Source: a virus
Taxonomy: Duplodnaviria; Caudoviricetes
Length of the DNA: 34,889 bases
Reading direction: 5' to 3' (one strand)
IMG/VR virus record: IMGVR_UViG_3300010048_000026
Location: 1-34,889 of that record
Shown here: positions 17,004-25,685 of the stretch, in pieces
How positions within the stretch are numbered: position 1 is the first letter of the stretch
Layout: each line of letters begins with the position of its first letter
Made by a program: the position numbers and the translations under genes
Notes under the pieces: model-generated
What the model was told of the DNA's origin: nothing
Seen by the model: the letters and a program-made list of their open reading frames with translations, nothing else
The model's database searches: none

Positions 17004-17372
17004 ATGTTCGCCCTAACCATCGTATTCGGCACGTCGCCAGTTCCATGGACGCTGCTGTTCAAAACCCAAGAAGCGATCAACAGCGCCAAGTCCACTTTCC
17101 AAATGTCACCGCCCGGATCGGTAGTTGCTCTGAAGGACGACTACGGTCAGGAAGTGGTTATTGGCGTCAACAGCATTCACGGTGTGATGTTCGAAGACCT
17201 GAACCAGTCCAAGCTGGCCCATATCGAACGCGGACTGCACCAGATGCGTACGAATATCGACGCCAACAATCAGGCGAAAGCCGACCCGGTACTGATGGCG
17301 GCAATGCGGATGAACCAAGCAGGACCCGGCGTCATCACTCCGTTTTCAGCTAACGGCGCTTTCCGCCAGTAA
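17004..17372 (+). CDS. hypothetical protein
   Basis: Strong SD GGAGGA, abuts the HTH stop, overlaps the portal 3' end convergently. Confidence 0.7.
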   Translation: MFALTIVFGTSPVPWTLLFKTQEAINSAKSTFQMSPPGSVVALKDDYGQEVVIGVNSIHGVMFEDLNQSKLAHIERGLHQMRTNIDANNQAKADPVLMAAMRMNQAGPGVITPFSANGAFRQ

Positions 17373-19107
17373 GCTGCTTCTCCATAAGCTTCTCGGCCAG
17401 TTCCGGATGCTGTTGCTGCATCGCTTGGAATTGCTGGCGCTGTTGCTCCTTGCGCTCGCGGTTGCCTAGCTTGGCAATTTCCTTGTTCGGCAGCGGCGTA
17501 TTGTCGACGACGTATTCGTCGTCAACGATGCCGCGCTGGTGGGCGGAGAAGACCAGTTGCGTATTCTCATCGGAGAAGATCGGAGACGACGAATGACTGT
17601 CCACGGTAATGCGCCAATCCGGCGGCAGATCGCTTAACAAAAACTTGGTCTTCTCGATGCTTTCAATCACCGGAGCCTGCGCACTCGTCCAATAGAAGCT
17701 TTCATCCTTTAGCTCGCGCAGCGATGCAGTCAGGTCGGCGCACTCCGCACATTGACGCTCCACGATCAGGGCGCGGTCGCGCAGGGTCGGCGATGCTGTC
17801 TTCATCAGCATGTTGGCGTGACTGCCCGCACGCACACCGGGTTCGCCCTGCCCCTGCATGATCCGGGGGAACCCGCGCAGGATGTTGATCTGTTCCTGTA
17901 TCCACTCCAGCAGAGGCAACGCCTCTGGCGGAATTTGCGGGGTCAAATCGTGCGGCTGCGCCCCTTGCGGCAGGTTGCCGTACCCGGCACCACGGAACTG
18001 GGCATAAAGTTCATCGGTGATTGAGGTGTCCCCGGAGAAGAAGATCAGCTTGTCGACCTGCAAGCCGTACATTCGCTTAAGGTCTTCGCACCACTGCGAC
18101 AGCAGAGCTTGAGGTTCGATCAAATCAACAAGCTCAGATCGACCCCAAAACCAACCGCTTGTCTCATTAGGCTGGATAAGGCGGTAAGGTTGTAGACCGC
18201 TACCCCGTCCCAGAAGGTTGCCCTTCCTGAAAACCACATCACCGTCCATGTGGGGAGTAACGATGATGTCGGGCTGGATCATCTGGATTGTGGTGTAGTC
18301 ATGCTCGTCCTTGACCCACAATTCGTGCGCCGTAACCATGTCGGCAGCGACCACCGGACCCATCAGCGAGTAATTAGGGTCGTTGTTGAGTTGAACGATG
18401 CCGCCGGGGACCGGCGACACCATGCTCTGAACCCCGGTATTGATTTGTGATGTCGACAGCACTTGATGGAAGAAGCTGGACGGCTCCCCAGTAGCCTGAC
18501 CGGCGCGCGCGTGCTGCATGATCCGCAGATAAAGCTTCTCAGCGTTGGGCATCCTCCAGATGCGCTGCCAGACCTCCGGACCCGTTAGCGTATAAGTCTC
18601 ACAGAGGATTTCCTGCCGGTCGATCCTGTTCTCGTCTTCCCGCCACACCCCGAAGTTCCATGGCATGACCAGACGGTCGTAATAAACCGGATGCTCGTCT
18701 GTCCCCTCCATGGTCACGAACTGCTTTAGCAGCGCCGCTCCGTATTTAAGGCTTTCGAACACCCCACGACCAAAGGCGATATCGGTAGAATTGCGCTCCC
18801 AGATACGGGTCACGCCCTTCGCCGCCTCTGCCCCACGGGCATAGATGTCCTTTGGGTAGGGCCGTTCGAAGTCCATGCTGAATTTAAGCTCTACCGGAGA
18901 GAACAAATGGGCGGCTGTTTCATCCAGCGCCTTGTGCAGCATGTTCAAAAGCGACTTGGTGCCGTCATAGCGCCCTGTTTCCGCCAGCGCATTCATGGTC
19001 CGGTAGTAGGACGCGCGCATGCCCTGTGACGCGCGGCACATCTCGATCCACTCGTTCGCCTTGGCGATGAGGTCCTTCTTTTTGTCGGGAACGCCACCGG
19101 GGATCAT
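17350..19107 (-). CDS. portal protein
   Basis: 585 aa downstream of TerL. Portal-like motifs 'FWGRSELVDLIEPQ' and 'INILRGFPRIMQGQGEPGVRAGSHA'. Confidence 0.8.
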   Translation of the reverse strand: MIPGGVPDKKKDLIAKANEWIEMCRASQGMRASYYRTMNALAETGRYDGTKSLLNMLHKALDETAAHLFSPVELKFSMDFERPYPKDIYARGAEAAKGVTRIWERNSTDIAFGRGVFESLKYGAALLKQFVTMEGTDEHPVYYDRLVMPWNFGVWREDENRIDRQEILCETYTLTGPEVWQRIWRMPNAEKLYLRIMQHARAGQATGEPSSFFHQVLSTSQINTGVQSMVSPVPGGIVQLNNDPNYSLMGPVVAADMVTAHELWVKDEHDYTTIQMIQPDIIVTPHMDGDVVFRKGNLLGRGSGLQPYRLIQPNETSGWFWGRSELVDLIEPQALLSQWCEDLKRMYGLQVDKLIFFSGDTSITDELYAQFRGAGYGNLPQGAQPHDLTPQIPPEALPLLEWIQEQINILRGFPRIMQGQGEPGVRAGSHANMLMKTASPTLRDRALIVERQCAECADLTASLRELKDESFYWTSAQAPVIESIEKTKFLLSDLPPDWRITVDSHSSSPIFSDENTQLVFSAHQRGIVDDEYVVDNTPLPNKEIAKLGNRERKEQQRQQFQAMQQQHPELAEKLMEKQLTGGKRR

Positions 19108-19610
19108 TTGAAGGTCGCTCCAAGCTTGTTGGACCGCGCATTAGGATTAATCCTATCGAGTACGTTGGCCCCCGCCCGTGGGGCGTAACCCTGATTGACG
19201 TTGGCGGCAAAGCCGCTGCCGTCAATGAACCCAGCCTGCCCGCCACGGGCGCGCATGGCATCCATCGCATCCGTAACGGCATTCCTTACCGGCATCGCAT
19301 AAGTCTCACCGTTCTGCACGTTGTCGCGCAGGTTGGTGATCTTCAGATGCGACATTTCAGAAACCGGCACCCCCGCCATCTCTGCCGCTTGTTCGGCGCG
19401 GTGGATCGACGCCGTTTCCATGTCCCGGTAGACCTTATCGGTCGCCTTGGTGGTAGCGGAGCGTAGCGAGGGCAGCGAGATGACGGTGTCATCCGGCTCC
19501 GGGTCGTACTCATAGGCGCAATTGGGGCAGCACTCCGGGAATGCCGTCTTGGCGTAGAACTTGTGAGCGCACTCTGGACACTGAAGCCGCACCTTGACCA
19601 CCGTCACCAT
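19104..19610 (-). CDS. Zn-ribbon protein (CxxC-x11-CxxC)
   Basis: CPECAHKFYAKTAFPECCPNC. Likely ATG at 19610 overlapping the TerL stop. Confidence 0.7.
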   Translation of the reverse strand: MVTVVKVRLQCPECAHKFYAKTAFPECCPNCAYEYDPEPDDTVISLPSLRSATTKATDKVYRDMETASIHRAEQAAEMAGVPVSEMSHLKITNLRDNVQNGETYAMPVRNAVTDAMDAMRARGGQAGFIDGSGFAANVNQGYAPRAGANVLDRINPNARSNKLGATFK

Positions 19611-21532
19611 CGCCTGCCCTGTGACCGCCATTGCTGACGCAGTATCTGCTGGCGCAGACTGGTTCGCTGCGCCCGTTTTTGCGCGAAGAACATTTCGAAT
19701 TGATTTTGGTTAAACAGCGTCACTTGGTCAACGATAGACAGCCTGCGCCGGGCTGCTTCCGCCTCTCTGGTGCGCTTCTGGGCGACCATGGCGTTCATCA
19801 CCTTGGTTTCCCAATAATGCACGGCCAGCGCCATGGCAAAGGTCCGGTCATCGCGCATGCCGCGCGGGGCGGAGATGCTGTCGCCGTCCCGGCCCACCGA
19901 CTTCATCTCGCCCAATAGGGAATGGGAGCGCACCCGAAGCTTGCCGTTGCCGACAAAGTCGCGTAGCCGCTCCATCACCATGACTTTACGGTTGATGTTG
20001 GTGACCCAGTGGTAGTTGTATCCTGCGCTCATGCTATCGGCGCGGGTGTAAATATAGGTTCTAACGTTGCGGAAGATGTCGGCAAGGCCCTTTTCAGTCT
20101 CTCCCGAAGCATGCCGGGAGTTCTCGACCTTGCCCCGGAGGTTCTTTAATTCGTTAAAGACTGCGGTGCCGGGTCCATTAAGCTCAAGGATATATCGTAT
20201 TTCCGCTCGTCCCTGCCCGTACCATCCCAATAGCGATGCGATAACCCATGCAAGCTGATAAGTTGTGACGAGCGGCCATGAGTACTCAGCCACTTGATCA
20301 AGTCCGTCAGCATAACATCGGCAAACTTGTATTGCTGAGTGATCATTCTCTTCGTTCTCCCCGTACGCCGGATCGCACGCCAGAACATAAATCCCGTCCG
20401 GGTCCGGTTCCTCCCAGACCTTCAGTTCGGTCATCTTCAGGTTCTCTGCGTGAAATATTCTTGGCGGAAATTCTTCGCCCGCCCAGTACATATAAGCCTT
20501 GAAGCTGTGCGACGCGCCCTTGCGCGTTATTTCGGTAAGCGCCTTCGCGCCGAAGAACTTTGAACCAGTCTGCTGGAACGCCTCTTCGGCGGTCCAAGCC
20601 TGTTCGGCGAGCATGACGTTGTCTTCGGCTTCGAAGCCTGCATCAGTATCGCCTTCGGGTCGCGCAGTTGGATCGATCTTGCGACGTATCCAAGCAAGTT
20701 GTTCAGGCGTAATCTCCACACCGTAAAGCCGCTTGACCGCATTCATCCGCTCCATTTCTTTGGACGACGGCGGCTCCGCTCCGTAAATCTCAAAGTCCGG
20801 ATCATCCCGTCCGATCCTCTGGTCCTGCCGCGACCACCACCCAAGGAACAGAGCTTCGCAATGCACCGTGTCGGCGCAGGCGTCGTCCCACATATCCTTC
20901 CATTGATTGTAACCGCGCGCCGTGCTTTCGTAGATGTAGAGGCGGTCGGGGTGAAATTCGGACATGGACTGCTCAAATGCCTTCAACCCCTCCGGATTAT
21001 CGTAGGAGCAAAGCTCCGAAAGATGCGCCATCGTTAGACCTTCAGAACGCCCTAGCGTGCCTGACGTACTACGTTGCTGGGTGCCTGCCGATAGAAACAG
21101 GATACGCGCGTCGTTCTCTAATTGCAGACTGTCCCTGTTTCCGGCTCCTCCAACACCTAGCACGCGCGGAAACTTGAGCGACGGATCGAGATTGCGGATT
21201 AGTTTGGCGAGTTCAATACGCGCGCTATCGCGGTGAGGCATTGTGTCAAAGACAAGGGCACCCTGCATCCCGTCGTGCATTCCAATATAAAAAGCGGACA
21301 GCGCACGGGAGATAGTTGACAGACCCAACTGTCTGGCTTTGAGAACGAAGACCTTGTGCTTGTCGGCTTCAAGGGCATCGAACACGGTCTTGATAAATCG
21401 CTTCTGTCCGTCATAGAGGGTTTGGCCAAGACATATCCTGCCGTATTCCTTGGAGTTGACGAAGGTGCGATTGAGGAACGCATAGAAGCCGCGCTCCATG
21501 ATCCGGCGCTTCTGTTTCGACCATCCATTCAT
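19604..21532 (-). CDS. terL: terminase large subunit
   Basis: Walker A variant LKARQLGLST, Walker B AHLSE, coupling motif ESTA, RNase H nuclease motifs ACDPAYG / DHSAIQV / DDRTFAMALA. Confidence 0.93.
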   Translation of the reverse strand: MNGWSKQKRRIMERGFYAFLNRTFVNSKEYGRICLGQTLYDGQKRFIKTVFDALEADKHKVFVLKARQLGLSTISRALSAFYIGMHDGMQGALVFDTMPHRDSARIELAKLIRNLDPSLKFPRVLGVGGAGNRDSLQLENDARILFLSAGTQQRSTSGTLGRSEGLTMAHLSELCSYDNPEGLKAFEQSMSEFHPDRLYIYESTARGYNQWKDMWDDACADTVHCEALFLGWWSRQDQRIGRDDPDFEIYGAEPPSSKEMERMNAVKRLYGVEITPEQLAWIRRKIDPTARPEGDTDAGFEAEDNVMLAEQAWTAEEAFQQTGSKFFGAKALTEITRKGASHSFKAYMYWAGEEFPPRIFHAENLKMTELKVWEEPDPDGIYVLACDPAYGENEENDHSAIQVCRCYADGLDQVAEYSWPLVTTYQLAWVIASLLGWYGQGRAEIRYILELNGPGTAVFNELKNLRGKVENSRHASGETEKGLADIFRNVRTYIYTRADSMSAGYNYHWVTNINRKVMVMERLRDFVGNGKLRVRSHSLLGEMKSVGRDGDSISAPRGMRDDRTFAMALAVHYWETKVMNAMVAQKRTREAEAARRRLSIVDQVTLFNQNQFEMFFAQKRAQRTSLRQQILRQQWRSQGRRW

Positions 21533-23493
21533 TTCAGATACTCTTTAGCCTGTTCCTTATGCAGTTTGTTCGCATAGGCGTTAGCGGCCTTTTCGCTGCT
21601 AAAGATACCAAGATGCTGTCCGGTCCTCTGGTATTCCTTGACCGCTTCCTTATCGGACACAACCTTGTTGCCGACTACGGTCGGAATGAGAATGCCCCGA
21701 CCCTGATCGTCTGTAATAGTTATCGATCTAACAGTGCTAATTGAGCCATCAGGGTTCTTAACGACTGGTCGGTTATGAAGATCAATGTTACCGGGCGCGA
21801 CCTGCCCGGTCTCGCCCGCCATCTTCATCGGTTGCTGAACATCACCGTGTATGTTCTTGGGTCCACCCTCTGGTGTGGGCTGAAGCGGATTGCGCCCGGC
21901 AGGAGCGGAGCGTTTTACAGCCTGTCCGCCGCGATACAGCGGCGGTTCTTCGCGGCCCTGCTGTTCCTCGCTCGCCTCTGCCTTGCCCGGTGACCAGTTA
22001 GATGCACCTGCGCCAATCAATCCAGCAATGCCGTATTTCTTGACGATGTCTATTAGCTTGTCGTCAAAGACGACATAGTTGTGGGTCGGGCCCAATTTTG
22101 CAGCAGCGGCGTCGGCTTCAGCCCGCGTCGCATATGGCTTATTAGAATTGCCGACAAAGTAATGGCCGCCCTCTGAATTCTCCGAAAATACTACTTGAGC
22201 GTTTCGCGACCCCTGATCCAGATACTTAATGCCGGGGATGCCTGCTTCGCGAAGTTCGCGACTTGCGGCAGCATGGTCTATTCCCGGCCGCGTCGGTGTA
22301 CCAAGGGCAAGATCAACTAGCGGGTTGCTACCGCGCCCCCTAGCAAATTCTTCGTAAGCGTTGCGACCACTGCGGGAAATAAACTGACTTTCCTCATAAC
22401 CCGGCAAAACTTTTTGCAACGTCTCTTGAACTTTCGGACTCTGCTCACTCAGCGGCTTATCCCAGTCTAGGAAATGCTCAGGGTCGGCGTTGATGTTGAC
22501 TTCGTAAGTTTTGCCCGGATAGCCTTTCGCAAATCCCTCTTTGTCTATTTGAGCTTGAGTTAAGGCTTTGCGGTATTCTGCGGCCACTTGCGGATTTTCC
22601 GCAAAATAAAGCCCATGGCCGTAAGACTGCGCGCCCTCCCCCGTTCCCACCTTCTCCATACTAAAGGCCGGGAAGTCGTGCGGACTACCGTGATAGGCTT
22701 TGATAGGTTCCTCCCAAGGCGGCAACTCCATAGGACTGGCTGGCGGTTCAGGGCGCTGAGCTGGTATCTTGGTGCCCAGCCACTCCACAGCCTTATCCTC
22801 GCTCCTGAACTCTTGCGTTTCGCCAGTGGCCTTTTGCGCGGTGTAGGTCGGCCAGCGCCCCTTTGGCTGTCGTTTGAAAACCTGACCGCCCTCTTCAGCA
22901 AAGATGACTTTGCCAAGCTGGCGGCTGCCTGATCCGAAAGTGTCCTCCAAGCCGTAGCCGCGCGTTAGACCAAACTGTTCAAACAGTTTGTCCCAATACG
23001 CCTCTTGCGCGATGCTCTGTTCCCGCCATGCGCTTTCGGACAGCGCCGCCGTCAGTTCCTCTGGCGTCATGGCTTCGACATCAGGAGCTTGCTTGGCCCC
23101 GCGAGCGTAGGTCTTGCCGCCGCCCGCTGGCTTGGCCGCGCGCCGTGCGTTGAGGTATTCGATGGACGGTCGCCCCATGGCCGCAGAGGCTTCCGGGGGA
23201 GCGCCGCCTAGCCCCATCATAATCATCGCGGTTTCCGGTCCCCACTGATATTGCTGCGCCAAATTCATCTGCCGGATGGCTTCGTCCACATCCGACCACT
23301 GACCGGCAACCTGCGGCTGTTGGACCTGCATAACGTCGTGAGGACTTGCCGCCCACGTCGCTATATTCTGCCCCACTGCTTGGGCAACGCTGGGCACCTC
23401 TTGCGGCACTGCACCAACACCGGGGACATCCCAAATGCTGTCCGTAACGGCAGCGTTTGTATCGGATACGACGCTCTTGGAACCGTAGGGCAT
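21529..23493 (-). CDS. multidomain protein with an ADP-ribosyltransferase (ART-PolyVal-like) domain
   Basis: AYHGSPHDF...GTGEGAQSYGHGLYFAENP...GIPGIKY...NYVVFDD, plus a C-terminal 'GNIDLHNRPVVKNPDGSISTVRS' phage domain. Confidence 0.75.
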   Translation of the reverse strand: MPYGSKSVVSDTNAAVTDSIWDVPGVGAVPQEVPSVAQAVGQNIATWAASPHDVMQVQQPQVAGQWSDVDEAIRQMNLAQQYQWGPETAMIMMGLGGAPPEASAAMGRPSIEYLNARRAAKPAGGGKTYARGAKQAPDVEAMTPEELTAALSESAWREQSIAQEAYWDKLFEQFGLTRGYGLEDTFGSGSRQLGKVIFAEEGGQVFKRQPKGRWPTYTAQKATGETQEFRSEDKAVEWLGTKIPAQRPEPPASPMELPPWEEPIKAYHGSPHDFPAFSMEKVGTGEGAQSYGHGLYFAENPQVAAEYRKALTQAQIDKEGFAKGYPGKTYEVNINADPEHFLDWDKPLSEQSPKVQETLQKVLPGYEESQFISRSGRNAYEEFARGRGSNPLVDLALGTPTRPGIDHAAASRELREAGIPGIKYLDQGSRNAQVVFSENSEGGHYFVGNSNKPYATRAEADAAAAKLGPTHNYVVFDDKLIDIVKKYGIAGLIGAGASNWSPGKAEASEEQQGREEPPLYRGGQAVKRSAPAGRNPLQPTPEGGPKNIHGDVQQPMKMAGETGQVAPGNIDLHNRPVVKNPDGSISTVRSITITDDQGRGILIPTVVGNKVVSDKEAVKEYQRTGQHLGIFSSEKAANAYANKLHKEQAKEYLK

Positions 23494-23512
23494 AGCGGGA
23501 ACTTATCAGTCC

Positions 23513-23722
23513 ATGATGGCGACGCTAGTCCAGATCATCATAGCCTTAATAGTTGCCGGGTTCATCCTGTGGGCGGTCCGCATGATAATCGGACTGATCC
23601 CGATGGATGCGTGGCTCAAGCAGGTGATTGACGTGGTCCTGCTGATAGCAGTCGTGGCAATCGTGCTGTTCTACGTTCTGATACCGCTATTGAAGATGTT
23701 GCCCAGCGCGCTTCATCTCTGA
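23513..23722 (+). CDS. two-TM small membrane protein (Thivi_2564-like)
   Basis: LVQIIIALIVAGFILWAVRMIIGLIPMDAWLKQVIDVVLLIAVVAIVL pattern. Confidence 0.65.
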   Translation: MMATLVQIIIALIVAGFILWAVRMIIGLIPMDAWLKQVIDVVLLIAVVAIVLFYVLIPLLKMLPSALHL

Positions 23723-23959
23723 CTACCGGCCGCCAAACGTTTGCAACCGGGCGCGCTCGTCCAGCTTCTGAATGATGGCGTCGATGTCGGTCTTAAGCTT
23801 CACCCAGAAGCGTAACAGATCGCTCTTGGTGTCAACGATAAGCCACTCCATGGTGTCTTCCCGCCCCGGCGGGACGATCACCACAGCCCCGCCAAAGGCT
23901 TCCTCGCCGTTGCGCTCAATCTTTTCTTCCATCGCCTTGAACGGTTCGCTTTGCTTCAT
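23723..23959 (-). CDS. hypothetical protein
   Basis: Likely start ATG 23959 (MKQSEPFKAMEEKIERN...). Confidence 0.6.
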   Translation of the reverse strand: MKQSEPFKAMEEKIERNGEEAFGGAVVIVPPGREDTMEWLIVDTKSDLLRFWVKLKTDIDAIIQKLDERARLQTFGGR

Positions 23960-24056
23960 TCTCGATATCCTTGCGTATGCGTAGCATTGCCCTGCCATAA
24001 CAGTCCGCTGCGGCCCAGTGCTGGCGCACCATGGCATCCCTGCCCAGCCACAGCAT
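23916..24056 (-). CDS. small hypothetical protein
   Basis: ATG 24056 just after the KTSC stop; fills the operon gap (MLWLGRDAMVRQHW...). Confidence 0.35.
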   Translation of the reverse strand: MLWLGRDAMVRQHWAAADCYGRAMLRIRKDIENEAKRTVQGDGRKD

Positions 24057-24060
24057 CGTC

Positions 24061-24276
24061 TCAAAGACGGCGGAAGCTGTATTGTCCCTTGATGCTAGAA
24101 TTGATGTAGTCTCCAACACTTCCTGCGTTTGCCGCTTCCGTAGCCACGTCTTCAGGTACGTTGGCATAGGCGTATGACTTACCCGTGTTGAACGTAACGA
24201 TCATAGTCCCGCTGTCGCTGTCATAGGCAATAGACTGCACCATGGACGAATAGACATCTTGCGACCAACTAGCCAC
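24061..24276 (-). CDS. KTSC domain protein
   Basis: SSMVQSIAYD...MIVTFNTGKSYAYANVP...AGSVGDYINSSIKGQY is the canonical KTSC pattern. Confidence 0.88.
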   Translation of the reverse strand: MASWSQDVYSSMVQSIAYDSDSGTMIVTFNTGKSYAYANVPEDVATEAANAGSVGDYINSSIKGQYSFRRL

Positions 24277-24601
24277 CGCGCGCCCTCGCGTCTTCCATGA
24301 TGCCGTGCAGTATCGGCGCTAGGATATCATCTCGATCTTCGATTGTTTCGTCAGCAAAGGCCAAGAAGGGCACTTTGAGTATCGGCGGCTTGTCAGGCGA
24401 ATACCAAGGGTTATCGCGCGGTACGCGATAAAGTAGTAGGCGGCGGCGATCCCGGTTGTGTGGCCCAAGAGTGCGAAATTCCGCCTCACATTCATCGCCA
24501 AAGTGCGCAGCACGTTGCTTGTCAATGGTTATCTCCTTCACCGGCTTGCGGATGTGGTAGTTGCGGTCGGGGAATATCTGGAAAAACTGTTCGTCGGTCA
24601 C
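24269..24601 (-). CDS. hypothetical protein
   Basis: GTGA-coupled 110 aa ORF. Confidence 0.65.
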   Translation of the reverse strand: MTDEQFFQIFPDRNYHIRKPVKEITIDKQRAAHFGDECEAEFRTLGPHNRDRRRLLLYRVPRDNPWYSPDKPPILKVPFLAFADETIEDRDDILAPILHGIMEDARARGG

Positions 24602-24894
24602 TTGCGCCTCTTGAGGGTGGATATGTAGCTAGATACTTGACCGCAATGCTCAAACCCCCTCGATCTTATGCCTCTTTTTGTTCGTTTGTGCGCTTCAACT
24701 TGGTTCGAATGAAACATGATCGTTACCCACTCTTCATCATCATCCCCGCGCTTGTGCTGTGGAAGATAAAGCGTCACGGCTTGACCATAGCGGCCCCGAA
24801 ACGTACCTCCCGCCTCCATAAACCTTTGCAGCGCCTTACTGGTATACCCACAAAATTTCGTTTCAGTATTGCCGCCTTCGATCCACTTGGTCAT
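24598..24894 (-). CDS. hypothetical protein
   Basis: ATG 24894 in ATGA overlap with the FkbM stop. Confidence 0.55.
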   Translation of the reverse strand: MTKWIEGGNTETKFCGYTSKALQRFMEAGGTFRGRYGQAVTLYLPQHKRGDDDEEWVTIMFHSNQVEAHKRTKRGIRSRGFEHCGQVSSYISTLKRRK

Positions 24895-25685
24895 ACGCGA
24901 ACCTCTGGCCATGCACGAACAACCGAAGCCATATTAGAAAACAAAACGTTCGTATTCTGGCGAGTGGCGACAAGATTGACTTGGCCGGGCACCAGCATCG
25001 GCAGGCTGCCGTCGCGCTGCAACAGAAACGTTATATAGCCCCATTTGGCTTCCATCCACCGACGCAATTCGGCAGCGCTCGCGCCCATGCACCGCAGCGC
25101 AAAATCATTCATCTCGGCAATGACAAACGGGGCTGACAACGCGCCCTTGAACTGCATTGCCGCCAATTCTGCGCCTTCAATATCAAGCTTAACAACGGCA
25201 GCATCCGGGAAATCCCCAAGCGTGCATGGCGTTACGGTCGTGCTGCTTTGGCTATGCCCGGAGAACAACGAATTGCGCCCACCCTCCGCCCGCAGATGCA
25301 GCGTCACCGGGTCGTGGTCTTTCCATAGCGGCGTGCGGATAATCTCGACGTTCTTAGCCTTGTTGATACGGACGTTCTCTTCCAGCTTCCACAGATTGTT
25401 CTGTCCCGGCTCGATGGCGAACACCTTGCCTTTCGGCCCGACCAGTTGCGACAGCAGCAGCGTGAAGAAACCGATGTTAGCGCCGCCATCAATGACGATG
25501 TCGCCTTCCTTTACGATGCGCTCCATCGCCAACACCACTTCGGGTTCGCAGATGCCTTCGCTCTGGAAGCAGGCAATCATGTCGCGGTCGCACGCGTTGT
25601 CCGCGTGGTAGGTCATCTTAAACGAGAACCGGCGACCGTTTGCCGTGAAGTCGATCTTGTTTACGCTTTGAGTTAACACGTTCAT
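24891..25685 (-). CDS. FkbM-family SAM methyltransferase
   Basis: VIDGGANIGFFT, KVFAIEP, VKLDIEGAE. Start approximate. Confidence 0.88.
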   Translation of the reverse strand: MNVLTQSVNKIDFTANGRRFSFKMTYHADNACDRDMIACFQSEGICEPEVVLAMERIVKEGDIVIDGGANIGFFTLLLSQLVGPKGKVFAIEPGQNNLWKLEENVRINKAKNVEIIRTPLWKDHDPVTLHLRAEGGRNSLFSGHSQSSTTVTPCTLGDFPDAAVVKLDIEGAELAAMQFKGALSAPFVIAEMNDFALRCMGASAAELRRWMEAKWGYITFLLQRDGSLPMLVPGQVNLVATRQNTNVLFSNMASVVRAWPEVRV

